From a bacterium (lineage in GTDB: Bacteria; Margulisbacteria; WOR-1; O2-12-FULL-45-9; XYB2-FULL-48-7): a stretch of 38,687 nt of DNA. The stretch spans positions 1-38,687 of the forward strand of contig JBDRLW010000045.1 in assembly GCA_043812655.1 (NCBI GenBank), in the 5' to 3' direction. Positions 27,650-38,687 of this stretch are shown here, in pieces. Position 1 is the stretch's first letter, and every line of letters begins with the position of its first letter. Both the position numbers and the translations under genes were made by a program. The notes under the pieces are model-generated. The model did not search any database and had not been told where the DNA came from. It saw only the letters and a program-made list of their open reading frames with translations.

Positions 27650-29770
27650 CTAGATCGCGTGGGCTTTGTCGTCGTCGGTTAGACCTTTCATGGTCAGGTT
27701 AATGCGGCCCATGTCGTCAACTTCAACGACTTTGACGATCACTTCATCATCAAGTTTTAAGGCATCTTCAACGCGGGCGATCCGGCGTTCAGAGATCTGG
27801 GAAATGTGGACTAACCCATCTTTACCGCCAGGGAGTTCACAAAAAGCGCCAAAATTCATGATCCGGACAACGTGTGACTTAAACACATCGCCAACTTTTG
27901 GCTCAAAAGTGATCGCGTCAACTTCGGCCTTGGCCCGTTTGGCCGCTTCGGCATCGTTGGTCGTGATCAAAACAGTGCCGTCATCTTCAATATCCATCTG
28001 GACCCCGGTCTCTTCAATAATGCGGCGGATGTTTTTGCCGCCCGGACCAATCACCATACCGATTTTCGATGGATCTATCTTTAAGGTAATAACTCGCGGC
28101 GCGTATTGTGATAATTCTTGCCGTGGCGCGCCGATCACCGCTTCCATTTTATCTAAAATGTAATTGCGGCCATCTTTGGCTTGTTCAAGGGCTTGTTTAA
28201 TTATGTCCATTGATAGGCCTTTGATCTTGATATCAACTTGGATCGCGGTGATCCCTTTGCGCGTTCCAGTCACCTTGAAATCCATGTCGCCCAGGTGGTC
28301 TTCAACCCCTTGGATATCGGTAATTGTCACGGCTTTATCCCCTTCAGAGATCAAACCGACCGAAATACCGGCCACTGGAGCGGCGATCTTAACGCCAGCA
28401 TCCATGAGAGCTAAAGTTGAACCGCAAGTCGAAGCCATTGAGGTTGAACCATTGCTCCCTAAAACTTCAGAAACTAAACGAATTGTATAAGGGAAATTTT
28501 CTTCTGAGGGAATAACTGGAACAAGAGCTTTTTCCGCTAAAGCGCCGTGGCCAATTTCACGCCGGCCGGGACCACGAAGCGGGCGAACTTCCCCGACTGA
28601 ATAAGCCGGGAAATTATAATGGTGCATATACCGTTTGCCGGTATCTTCAAGATCGAGTCCTTCGATCCTCTGTCCTTCACCGGCCGAACCTAAAGTCGCA
28701 ATCGTTAATACTTGGGTCTGTCCGCGCGAGAAGATCGCCGAACCATGAGTCCTCGGCAATACCCCGATCTCACAGTTGATCTGGCGGATATCTTTGGGGC
28801 CGCGACCGTCGAGCCGTTTCCCATCATGAAGGACCAAGCGGCGCATGACATCATATTCGATCTCTTCGATCACTGGCTTGATGTCGTTAGGATGCTTGGT
28901 AATAATTTCGGCTAATTCCTTGTTTTCGGAGATAACTTGTTTTAGCTCTTCTTGAATGGCAATCATCGCTTCGTTCTGCCGGTCTTTATCGGTCATTTTT
29001 AAGGCTTCTTCAATTTTCTTCGCCGCTTTGTCATGGACGATCTTACTGATCCGCTCATCGATCTCGTGAACTGCGACTTTAGCTTTTGGTTGGCCCGCTT
29101 TAGCCACTAATTCTTCTTGGAGGGCAATGATCTTTTTAATAACTTCGTGTCCGGCTTTGATCGCCGTCAGCATATCGGCTTCGTTAATTTCGTCAGCTCC
29201 CGCTTCGATCATCGAAACTGCCTCTTTGGTCCCGGCGATAACCAGATCAAGGCTTGAATCTTTCATCTGGGTGGTAGTTGGGTTAACAATGAACTGGTCG
29301 CCAACTTTAGCGACCCGGACGCCAGCAATTGGCCCTTCAAAAGGGATTTCGGAAATTGATAACGCGGCGGAGGCGCCAATAATCCCTAAAGTATCATGGG
29401 CATTTTCTTGGTCGACAGAGAGTGGCGTAACCACGATCTGAACATCGTTGCGGAAACCTTCAGGGAACAAGGGGCGGATCGGACGATCAACTTTGCGGCC
29501 ATTAAGGATCGATTTTTCCGACGGGCGGCCTTCCCGTTTAAAGAAACCTCCAGGGATCTTGCCTGCCGCGTATAATTTTTCTTCAAAGTCAACTAAGAGA
29601 GGAAAAAAATCAATGCCCTGTCTTGGAGTCCCGGCCATCGTAGCCGTCGCCAAAACAACCGTGTCACCTAATCTAATAATAACTGATCCGCCAGCTTCCC
29701 TGGCGACTCGTCCCGTTTCTAAAGAAAGGATCCGGCCATCTTCCAATTTAAGTTCAACAGTTTTTATCAT
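27650..29770 (-). CDS. pnp: polyribonucleotide nucleotidyltransferase
   Basis: AAGKIPGGFFKREGRP, RREIGHG, SNGSTSMAS, GDMDFKV, KH and S1 domains. Confidence 0.98.
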   Translation of the reverse strand: MIKTVELKLEDGRILSLETGRVAREAGGSVIIRLGDTVVLATATMAGTPRQGIDFFPLLVDFEEKLYAAGKIPGGFFKREGRPSEKSILNGRKVDRPIRPLFPEGFRNDVQIVVTPLSVDQENAHDTLGIIGASAALSISEIPFEGPIAGVRVAKVGDQFIVNPTTTQMKDSSLDLVIAGTKEAVSMIEAGADEINEADMLTAIKAGHEVIKKIIALQEELVAKAGQPKAKVAVHEIDERISKIVHDKAAKKIEEALKMTDKDRQNEAMIAIQEELKQVISENKELAEIITKHPNDIKPVIEEIEYDVMRRLVLHDGKRLDGRGPKDIRQINCEIGVLPRTHGSAIFSRGQTQVLTIATLGSAGEGQRIEGLDLEDTGKRYMHHYNFPAYSVGEVRPLRGPGRREIGHGALAEKALVPVIPSEENFPYTIRLVSEVLGSNGSTSMASTCGSTLALMDAGVKIAAPVAGISVGLISEGDKAVTITDIQGVEDHLGDMDFKVTGTRKGITAIQVDIKIKGLSMDIIKQALEQAKDGRNYILDKMEAVIGAPRQELSQYAPRVITLKIDPSKIGMVIGPGGKNIRRIIEETGVQMDIEDDGTVLITTNDAEAAKRAKAEVDAITFEPKVGDVFKSHVVRIMNFGAFCELPGGKDGLVHISQISERRIARVEDALKLDDEVIVKVVEVDDMGRINLTMKGLTDDDKAHAI

Positions 29771-30033
29771 GCAAGGTCCAGGCTCGTGGTTACGGTCTGA
29801 TATTTCTTCACATCTACGCGGTGAAGATAATTAAGCAGCCGTTTGCGTTGGCCGACCAAGATGATAAGTCCGCGCCGGCTGTGGTTGTCTTTGGTATTCT
29901 TTTTTAAATGTTCGACCAACCCTTCGATCCTTTTGGTCAATAAGGCGATCTGCACTTCAGACGAACCGGTATCCCCCTCGTGGGCCTTGAATTGGCTAAT
30001 GATCTCTGATTTATTCTCTTTACTTAATACCAT
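29767..30033 (-). CDS. rpsO: 30S ribosomal protein S15
   Basis: DTGSSEVQIALLT, DNHSRRGL; upstream of pnp. Confidence 0.98.
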   Translation of the reverse strand: MVLSKENKSEIISQFKAHEGDTGSSEVQIALLTKRIEGLVEHLKKNTKDNHSRRGLIILVGQRKRLLNYLHRVDVKKYQTVTTSLDLA

Positions 30034-30048
30034 TGTTTAACAAGTATA

Positions 30049-30948
30049 TCACATTTTGGTTGCCCGGGCAATATCTTTCCTGATCTGCTCCCCAAGCTTC
30101 TGCGCGTCTGAAAACTGTTTTTCTTCACGCAAGCGGTAAAAAAGGTCAACTTCCAGCGTTTTCCCTCTAATATTACGGTTAAAATGCAAAATATGGACTT
30201 CAATTTGCGCTTCACTACCACCAAAAGTTGGTCGGGAACCAATATTAACCACGCACTTCTTACCATGAACAAAGCCGACATAAACCCCCTGGGCGGGAAT
30301 CAGCTTCCGTTCATCGATCTCAAGGTTTGCCGTTGGAAAGCCTAACCGCTTCCCTATCCCATGGCCCTTCACTACCTTTCCCGACAAGCGATACGGCCGA
30401 CCAAGCATTTTGATCGCGGCTGAAAAATCGCCCGAGCTTAACGCTTCCCTGATCTTGCCTGACTTGGCAATTGTTCCCCCAACTTTAACCGGTGGAACAC
30501 AATTAACGCTAAAACCAAACTCTTTCCCTAGTTTCTTTAATTCAGTTGGCCCCGCGCTCCGTTCTTTGCCAAAGGCGTAATCGTAGCCGATATAAACCGC
30601 TTTAACCCCTAATTTTTTTACGAGGTAAAACTCAACGAATTCCCGGCATGACATTTGGCGCATCTGGCCGGAAAATTGGGCAACGATAACGGAATCGACG
30701 CCTAAACCGCAAAAAATATATTCTCGCTCGGCAAGAGTCGTTAGCAATCTCAACCCTCTTTCCGGCGCGATGATCTCCTGGGGGTGAGGATCAAAAGTGA
30801 TGACCGCGCAGTGGGTTTTTAATTTTTTCGCCCCTTTAACCGCCGCTTCGATCACTTTTTTGTGGCCGATATGGACGCCATCAAAGGTGCCAAGCGCCAC
30901 GACCGGCTGATGCAGTTTTTCTTTGACAGGGTGGCGGATTATTTTCAT
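30049..30948 (-). CDS. ribF: bifunctional riboflavin kinase/FAD synthetase
   Basis: GTFDGVHIGH, TFDPHP, LGFPTAN, NIGSRPTF. Confidence 0.96.
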   Translation of the reverse strand: MKIIRHPVKEKLHQPVVALGTFDGVHIGHKKVIEAAVKGAKKLKTHCAVITFDPHPQEIIAPERGLRLLTTLAEREYIFCGLGVDSVIVAQFSGQMRQMSCREFVEFYLVKKLGVKAVYIGYDYAFGKERSAGPTELKKLGKEFGFSVNCVPPVKVGGTIAKSGKIREALSSGDFSAAIKMLGRPYRLSGKVVKGHGIGKRLGFPTANLEIDERKLIPAQGVYVGFVHGKKCVVNIGSRPTFGGSEAQIEVHILHFNRNIRGKTLEVDLFYRLREEKQFSDAQKLGEQIRKDIARATKM

Positions 30949-31763
30949 TGGCCGAACAAGCCTTTAACCATAAGCGTCGCTGATTTGATATATTCGGCCG
31001 CCGGTAAAAAGAGAAGCTGTGACAAAATTAAAGTTCCAACGACCCGGCCCATTATAATGTAGAAAACCATCGCCCGAACATCCGCTTCTTGCCGTTTCCC
31101 CCTGATCGCCTGGTCGGTAATGTAAGCGCAAGTCGGATCGACTAACGACACTAGCAGTATTGTCGCGATCCCGTTAACGATCGCCGAAAGCTGGGACGCG
31201 GTAATGCGGAATTCCGGGACCAATGCTCCAGCATATAATGATGATAAGACGCCGATCGCGTAGATCGAAACAACGATCAAGTTCGTCCACAAAAATCCGC
31301 GCGGTATCCCCTGTAAAGTTAAATTAATAAAAGACTTTTTCGTCGGCAGGCGGAATTTAGAAAAAATAGCCATCATATTTTTAGGCTTAAAAGCGGCGCC
31401 GATCAACCTGGGGACAGACCCGCCTTTTTCAAACCGAAAAATAGCTTTGGTAAAAACAGCCACAAAAAACGGGGTCATTAAAGCCCCCAGCGCGTTGCCG
31501 ATAAAAGCGGCAAAGATAACTGAACGGAAACTGCCAATAAGCGCATCGGGATGGCCGGTTAAAATAGCATGATCGACAAAACCCCCCAAAAACGGCGCTT
31601 GCAGCATGTTGGCTGTCCGGGTTATTAATAATGTAGCGTTAACAAAGGAAAGAGATGTCGCGATCTGTTTGGTCCGCACGCCGGCTAAGCGGAGCGACGA
31701 CGCTGCCGTTTCGGTAAAATGGATTATGGCGGTCAAGACGCAAACTATTATAAGAGGGTTCAT
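30945..31763 (-). CDS. amj: lipid II flippase Amj family protein (DUF2837)
   Basis: IHFTET..SLRLAGVRT, SLSFVN..TRTANMLQAP, SAIVNGIATILL..VDP. Confidence 0.85.
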   Translation of the reverse strand: MNPLIIVCVLTAIIHFTETAASSLRLAGVRTKQIATSLSFVNATLLITRTANMLQAPFLGGFVDHAILTGHPDALIGSFRSVIFAAFIGNALGALMTPFFVAVFTKAIFRFEKGGSVPRLIGAAFKPKNMMAIFSKFRLPTKKSFINLTLQGIPRGFLWTNLIVVSIYAIGVLSSLYAGALVPEFRITASQLSAIVNGIATILLVSLVDPTCAYITDQAIRGKRQEADVRAMVFYIIMGRVVGTLILSQLLFLPAAEYIKSATLMVKGLFGQ

Positions 31764-31783
31764 AATAAATATTATAGCTTAAT

Positions 31784-31914
31784 AAATCCTAAATCCGAAA
31801 TACTAAATCCTAAATAATTTCAAAATATCAATCCGATAAATTCAAAGCTGTTTATTAATTTGTATTTTGGTAATTAAATATTATTTAGAGTTTAGGATTT
31901 AGTGCTTAGAGTTT
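31784..31914. repeat. heptamer-periodic imperfect palindrome overlapping queC 3' end
   Basis: AAATCCT AAATCCG AAATACT AAATCCT AAATAAT ... ATTATTT AGAGTTT AGGATTT AGTGCTT AGAGTTT. Confidence 0.85.
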
Positions 31915-32552
31915 ACCCCCCCCCTGAATCCCTTTTCCCTAAGCCGGCAACTATCGCAAACCCCGCAAGGGAGCTTCCCACCCTGATAACAAGACCAGGT
32001 TTTTTCTAGCGGTGCACCAAGTTTCATTCCCAAGCGGATAATTCCTTCTTTAGTTAAATGAATTAACGGGGTAATTATTTTAATTTTTTTCGCTTTAGTC
32101 CCTTTGGTAATCACCTGCTGAAAAGCCCTGTAATAATCCGGCCGGCAATCGGGATAACCGGAAAAATCGATCGCGTTCGCCCCGATAAAGATCGCCTTTG
32201 CCCCGATCGCTTCGGCGTATGAGAGCGCAAAACTCAAAAATATCGTATTCCTCGCCGGAACGTAAGTCGATGGAATCCCTCGTCCAATTTCTTTGAACGA
32301 CCTGGCTACTGGCAACTGGACCCTGGCCCCTAACAAAGAACTCCCCTTCCACGGCAGTTTGATCCGCAAAACACAATACTCAACCGCTGCCCCCTTCGCC
32401 ACCGCCACCGCGCTTCGCAACTCTTTTTTATGCCTTTGGCCATAATCAAAGACCAAAGCATAACATTGATACCCCTTTTTCAAGGCATAATATAATGTAG
32501 TGGTCGAATCGAGTCCGCCGGAGAGTAAAACGATTGCTTTGGTTTTTGGCAT
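31899..32552 (-). CDS. queC: 7-cyano-7-deazaguanine synthase
   Basis: SGGLDS, DYGQRH, YVPARN, YPDCR, CGVCDSC. Confidence 0.96.
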   Translation of the reverse strand: MPKTKAIVLLSGGLDSTTTLYYALKKGYQCYALVFDYGQRHKKELRSAVAVAKGAAVEYCVLRIKLPWKGSSLLGARVQLPVARSFKEIGRGIPSTYVPARNTIFLSFALSYAEAIGAKAIFIGANAIDFSGYPDCRPDYYRAFQQVITKGTKAKKIKIITPLIHLTKEGIIRLGMKLGAPLEKTWSCYQGGKLPCGVCDSCRLREKGFRGGVNSKH

Positions 32553-32565
32553 ATATTATTCAATA

Positions 32566-34384
<1,819 letters not shown>

Positions 34385-34414
34385 TCAAATTATGCATTAA
34401 ATGCTATAATTAAT

Positions 34415-35068
34415 ATGCTTATGAATAAGAAGCCGATCAAAATTATTTTCTTCGACCTCGATGGAACACTAGTCAACTCGATCCCCCCGGCAATTGTGGC
34501 GATCCAGGCGATGATGAATGAGCTCGGCTACCCGCCCAAAAGCGTGGCGGATATTAATAAGTACGTTGGGTTTGGCGAAAATCCGTTAGTCGCCGGCGCG
34601 ATCGGCAGCCAGGATAAAGATAAAATTGAGCAGGCTAAAAATTTATATTTTGAGCTTTATAAAATAAAATTAAAAGAGATCCCTCTCTATCCGCACATTA
34701 AAGAATTCCTTGAAGCGGTCAAAGGGAAAATTATGATCATTGTTTCCAATAAAGGCGACGCGCTTATCCATGAGATCCTGGAAAACCATGGCATCGCTTG
34801 CTACTTTTCACAAGTCCTAGGGGGCGATTCTTCCCTTTGTCTTAAGCCCGATCCTTGCGCTATTTTGGACCTTTTAAAGAAGCATCAGATCTCACCCAAA
34901 GAGGCTTTAATGATCGGCGATATGACCGTCGATATCAAAACCGGCCAAAACGCCGGGATTTTAACCTGTGCCGTTACCTATGGATTTGATGATAGGGAAA
35001 AATTAGAAGAACTTAAACCTGACTTCCTCGTGGATGATCTACTAGAATTATTGCCACATATTAGTTAG
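34415..35068 (+). CDS. HAD-family hydrolase (phosphoglycolate phosphatase-like)
   Basis: FDLDGTL, SNK, KPDP, MIGDMTVD; start may be ATG 34421. Confidence 0.9.
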   Translation: MLMNKKPIKIIFFDLDGTLVNSIPPAIVAIQAMMNELGYPPKSVADINKYVGFGENPLVAGAIGSQDKDKIEQAKNLYFELYKIKLKEIPLYPHIKEFLEAVKGKIMIIVSNKGDALIHEILENHGIACYFSQVLGGDSSLCLKPDPCAILDLLKKHQISPKEALMIGDMTVDIKTGQNAGILTCAVTYGFDDREKLEELKPDFLVDDLLELLPHIS

Positions 35069-35090
35069 GTATATATACTCGATAAATCCT

Positions 35091-35118
35091 GAAATTTGAA
35101 GCAAAATTGCACGATATA
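35091..35118 (+). promoter_or_regulatory. sigma28-like promoter motif upstream of 35136 gene
   Basis: GAAATTT-N13-ACGATATA, then GGGAG SD. Confidence 0.7.
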
Positions 35119-35135
35119 TATGTGGGAGAGAAACC

Positions 35136-36344
35136 ATGACTTCAATTACGCCAACACAACCTATTTTTGGGATAACTATTGATCAGATCGATGCATCATT
35201 TCCATCACAAAATAAACCGCGAGTAGTAAAGCGTCCTGCTGGAGATCTAATGATTTTTATTACCCCTGAAACAACCGCGGCTGAATTATCTATATCGTTG
35301 TCTCAATTGGGAGTAACACTCCTTAGCAGTAAACAAATAGAAGAAATTGCAGTTCAAAATGGGAACAACACTTTTGAAGGAAATGAAATATATGCATTAA
35401 ATACACGCTTGAGATCAATTTTATCCAAGGATAGAAGTTTTATCTTGGCGGAGACTAAAATGGATAGGGGTGGATTATGGGAGGCAGATGAAACCTTGAA
35501 AAGGGATCGAGATTTTGTGCTGGCAGTGCTGAAATTATCTATAAGCCCATGGATAGAATTTATGGCAATAGATCAATCTTTGTTAAAAAATGCTGATTTT
35601 CTAAAAGCTGTTTTTGAACAAGATTTTTCCCTCTATCCATCCCTGCCAGCCGAAACAAAAAAAATGTTTCGGGGAAGATATGAAAAAATTGTTAACGATT
35701 TGAAAAGATTAGATATCAATCCACTGCGATTCAGAACAATAGAGCACGTTCAAGAAATCGTACATAACCGCGAAAATCTAGAAGAGTTAGACCCCCGTCC
35801 CTTAGCGGTTATTATTTACCCTAAGACCGATAAGAGTGGCTTCTTTAAGTATAATCAGATAGAAAGAATAATTGAAAGTGGCTATCGAGTCGTCTACTTT
35901 GAGGCCGCTAATGAAGAAGATGTTTATATTTCCTTAAAAGCGGCAACCGCTGTCAAACAGGCTGATCTCCTTATTCTTGGAGGGCATGGGACTCAATCTG
36001 CCATTGCTTTTGGCGCTAGTGATCCGGCAAAAACTGAAATGGGAAATGAAATACATTACATTGATCTTTCTGACGTAGAAGAAATGGAAAAATTAGAATT
36101 ATCAAAATATCTATCTCCAACATCAATGATCAGTTTAGAGTCCTGCTCAACTGGAGAAGGGAAAGAAAACACAGCTAATGCGGCCAATATGATAAAAAGA
36201 ATTTTCCCTCAATCACAAGTCTTTGCCCCAACTGCGCCATTCGGTTTGGCAAAGTATAGCTATGATGAACAAGGCATGGTGATTGGCATATCATATTACA
36301 CGCCAAAAAGACGTTTTGATCCCGAACTTTATTGGATAAAATAA
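35136..36344 (+). CDS. DUF4116-like repeats plus putative clan CD-like cysteine protease domain
   Basis: ADETLKRDRDFVLAVLK / IDQSLLKNADFLKAVF repeats; LLILGGHG and ISLESCSTG His/Cys motifs. Confidence 0.6.
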   Translation: MTSITPTQPIFGITIDQIDASFPSQNKPRVVKRPAGDLMIFITPETTAAELSISLSQLGVTLLSSKQIEEIAVQNGNNTFEGNEIYALNTRLRSILSKDRSFILAETKMDRGGLWEADETLKRDRDFVLAVLKLSISPWIEFMAIDQSLLKNADFLKAVFEQDFSLYPSLPAETKKMFRGRYEKIVNDLKRLDINPLRFRTIEHVQEIVHNRENLEELDPRPLAVIIYPKTDKSGFFKYNQIERIIESGYRVVYFEAANEEDVYISLKAATAVKQADLLILGGHGTQSAIAFGASDPAKTEMGNEIHYIDLSDVEEMEKLELSKYLSPTSMISLESCSTGEGKENTANAANMIKRIFPQSQVFAPTAPFGLAKYSYDEQGMVIGISYYTPKRRFDPELYWIK

Positions 36345-36354
36345 AGTAATCTTA

Positions 36355-38148
36355 CTAGCCTAGTTTTATATGCAGCTCTTTCAATTGTCTTGCGTCAACA
36401 GTATCCGGCGCGCCGGAGAGCGGGCATAAAGCTGATTGGGTTTTGGGAAAAGCGATCACGTCTCTGATCGAATCCATTCCAGCCAACAACATTACCAGAC
36501 GATCAAGACCAAGAGCGATCCCACCGTGCGGCGGCGCGCCATATTCTAACGCCTCAAGGAAAAAGCCAAACCGTCTTTTAGTCTCTTCTTCCGTTAAATT
36601 CAGCATTTTGAATATTTTGGCTTGAGTTTCTGGCTGGTGGATCCTGATCGAACCGCCGCCAATTTCGGTCCCGTTTAAAATAAAGTCGTAAGCTTGAGCC
36701 CTTAATTGCCCTGGATCTTGTTTGAAGCGTTCTTCCAGATCATCCCACCTCCCATGCGGCGCTGTAAATGGATGATGGTTAGAAACCCACCGTTTTTCAT
36801 TCTCGCTGTACTCAAAAAGAGGGAAATCTGTGACCCATAAGAAATGAAACGCAGAATTATCAATAATATTCAATTTCTTGCCAAGTTCTAATCTTAATGC
36901 ACCTAAAACCTGATAAACAACCTTGGGCTTATCGGCAATAAATATTAATATATCCCCAACTTCCCCGGCCATCTTTTTGATCAAGGCCTCGATCTCTTCC
37001 GGTTTAACGAATTTGGTGATCGGCGATTTAAGGCCTTCGGCAGTAATAGATATCCACGCCATCCCTTTCGCCCCTAATGCCTTGGCCTCCGCCTCCAATT
37101 TATCCAGATCGCTGCGCGATAGCTTTTCTCCGCCCTTAATATTGATCCCCTTAACTATCCCGCCATTAGCCACGGTTTCTTTAAAAACCTTGAACTCAAC
37201 ATTTTTAACGGCTTCGGAAACATCGACTAGCTCCAAGCCAAAGCGGGTGTCGGGCTTATCGCTCCCATAACGATTCATCGCTTCGTCCCAGGTAAGCCGA
37301 GGGAAAGGCAAGCTAATTTTGGGAATATTTTTGCCGCGGAATTTATCGATATCTTTTTCGAGAGCGTCTAAACTGTGTTTCATCAGTTGCTCGATCATGG
37401 CGATGACATCGGCTTCTTCGACAAAAGACAGCTCGATATCAAGCTGGGTAAATTCCGGCTGGCGGTCGGCCCGCAGGTCTTCATCACGGAAACAGCGGAC
37501 AATCTGGAAATATTTTTCCATGCCAGCAACCATTAATATTTGCTTAAATAACTGCGGCGATTGCGGCAAAGCGTAGAAACGCCCGGGGTTAACACGACTG
37601 GGGACTAAATAATCCCTCGCCCCTTCTGGTGTTGATTTGGTTAAAAATGGAGTTTCGATCTCAATAAAACCATCATTATCTAAATAATCGCCCATCGCCT
37701 TGATTATCTTGTGCCGAAAGATCAAATTTTCGCGCATTTTCTCTTTGCGCAAGTCGATATAGCGGTATTTTAAGCGGACAGTTTCATCCGGCTCGGTCCT
37801 GGCATCGGCAATTTCGAGCGGCGGGGTTTTAGCGGTGTTGAGAATTTCAATATCTTCGGCTTCTACTTCCATCACCCCGGTCGGGATATCTTGATTAACT
37901 GTTTCACGGGAACGCTTAACGATCTTCCCTTTTACATATATAACGTATTCGATCCGCAGATCCTGCGCTTTAACCAAAAGTTCGGAATTTTCGCTTCTGA
38001 AGACAACTTGGACAATTCCGGAACGATCGCGCAGGTCGATAAAGATCAAACCGCCATGGTCGCGTCGCCGGTGGACCCACCCCATTAGTTCGGTGGCGCA
38101 GCCATCATCTTTTATCCTAATTTCGCCGCAATTGTGGGTCCGTTTCAT
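36355..38148 (-). CDS. aspS: aspartate--tRNA ligase
   Basis: [52 protein letters not shown]. Confidence 0.98.
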   Translation of the reverse strand: MKRTHNCGEIRIKDDGCATELMGWVHRRRDHGGLIFIDLRDRSGIVQVVFRSENSELLVKAQDLRIEYVIYVKGKIVKRSRETVNQDIPTGVMEVEAEDIEILNTAKTPPLEIADARTEPDETVRLKYRYIDLRKEKMRENLIFRHKIIKAMGDYLDNDGFIEIETPFLTKSTPEGARDYLVPSRVNPGRFYALPQSPQLFKQILMVAGMEKYFQIVRCFRDEDLRADRQPEFTQLDIELSFVEEADVIAMIEQLMKHSLDALEKDIDKFRGKNIPKISLPFPRLTWDEAMNRYGSDKPDTRFGLELVDVSEAVKNVEFKVFKETVANGGIVKGINIKGGEKLSRSDLDKLEAEAKALGAKGMAWISITAEGLKSPITKFVKPEEIEALIKKMAGEVGDILIFIADKPKVVYQVLGALRLELGKKLNIIDNSAFHFLWVTDFPLFEYSENEKRWVSNHHPFTAPHGRWDDLEERFKQDPGQLRAQAYDFILNGTEIGGGSIRIHQPETQAKIFKMLNLTEEETKRRFGFFLEALEYGAPPHGGIALGLDRLVMLLAGMDSIRDVIAFPKTQSALCPLSGAPDTVDARQLKELHIKLG

Positions 38149-38217
38149 GGTGTTAATTATAGCATGATGGTAAAAAGAATTCAGAATTTCAATTTATTTT
38201 CATGTTATAATATTGCC

Positions 38218-38687
38218 ATGTTAAAACAGCTTATTACGGTTATATTGCTCCTCCTGGCAGTAACATTCCTTAGCTCTTGTCTTCAGCCTTCCCCGCCAGA
38301 TGTCTATTATGTTAATTACAAGATCAGCCGGGTTACTGCCTCGGGAGTTGAAGTCAATTTCAATTTTGACGTTAAAAACTCCAACCCTATTTCGATCGAT
38401 GTCCCCAAATACGCTTATAAAGTCTTTATTAATGGGAATGAATTACTGTCCGAAGAGCACAATGGCTTTAGCCTTCCCCCTTCTGACAAAAAGAGGATCG
38501 TTATTCCCGTCAACATCCGTTATGGAGCCTTGATCAACGGGGCGGCTTCGATCATTGACCGGTTGGCCAAAGGGATAGATAAGTTTGATTATCGGATCGA
38601 AGGGACAATTACGGCCGGAACACTCGGGATCAGCGCTACCAGCCCGATCGCCGCTTCGGGGACGATCACTATCCCAAAAAATATCAA
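38218..38687 (+). CDS. LEA_2/WHy-domain lipoprotein (runs off window edge)
   Basis: Manual translation MLKQLITVILLLLAVTFLSSC (lipobox), FDVKNSNPISIDV..YAYKVFING. Confidence 0.8.
   Translation, partial: MLKQLITVILLLLAVTFLSSCLQPSPPDVYYVNYKISRVTASGVEVNFNFDVKNSNPISIDVPKYAYKVFINGNELLSEEHNGFSLPPSDKKRIVIPVNIRYGALINGAASIIDRLAKGIDKFDYRIEGTITAGTLGISATSPIAASGTITIPKNI

Noticed and set aside
38149..38217. T-box leaders for aspS, cysS or cysE
   Set aside because: No space for one at aspS or cysS, where -10 boxes sit right at the start codons, and no T-box consensus before cysE.

Overview
Bacterial chromosomal window dominated by minus-strand housekeeping genes: MFS (partial), cysS, cysE, K+ channel, asd, dnaX, alr, dapA, uvrB, coaE, comEC, comEA, SLT, purL, pnp, rpsO, ribF, amj, queC, mpg, purA and aspS. 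Gene content and style suggest an uncultured Terrabacteria lineage, possibly Saganbacteria/Margulisbacteria; this is an unverified inference. No rRNA, tRNA, CRISPR array, integrase or transposase was seen. (1) The strongest unexplained signal is a set of five unrelated orphan genes slotted between housekeeping genes: an internalin-like LRR, a MraZ-like protein, a sensor-less histidine kinase, an LRV-repeat protein and a DUF4116 + clan-CD-like protease. All carry the same upstream motif, YGAAATTW-N13-NSGATAWW, with exact sigma28/FliA geometry, and all have extra N-terminal tails without Sec signals. This is a candidate dispersed alternative-sigma regulon, possibly of exported effectors. (2) Two Sec-secreted proteins appear to share an unnamed C-terminal domain. 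Each sits beside a broken Fic/RhuM gene, and one has a G10 tract in its promoter spacer. (3) A 21-bp direct repeat derived from a terminator flanks the LRR cassette. (4) Leaderless-type TGnTAWAAT promoters are pervasive. (5) Several palindromic and heptamer-periodic repeat families occur, some translated in frame inside cysS, dnaX, coaE, queC and a phosphoesterase. (6) CGATCG (the HIP1 core) is enriched in core genes.
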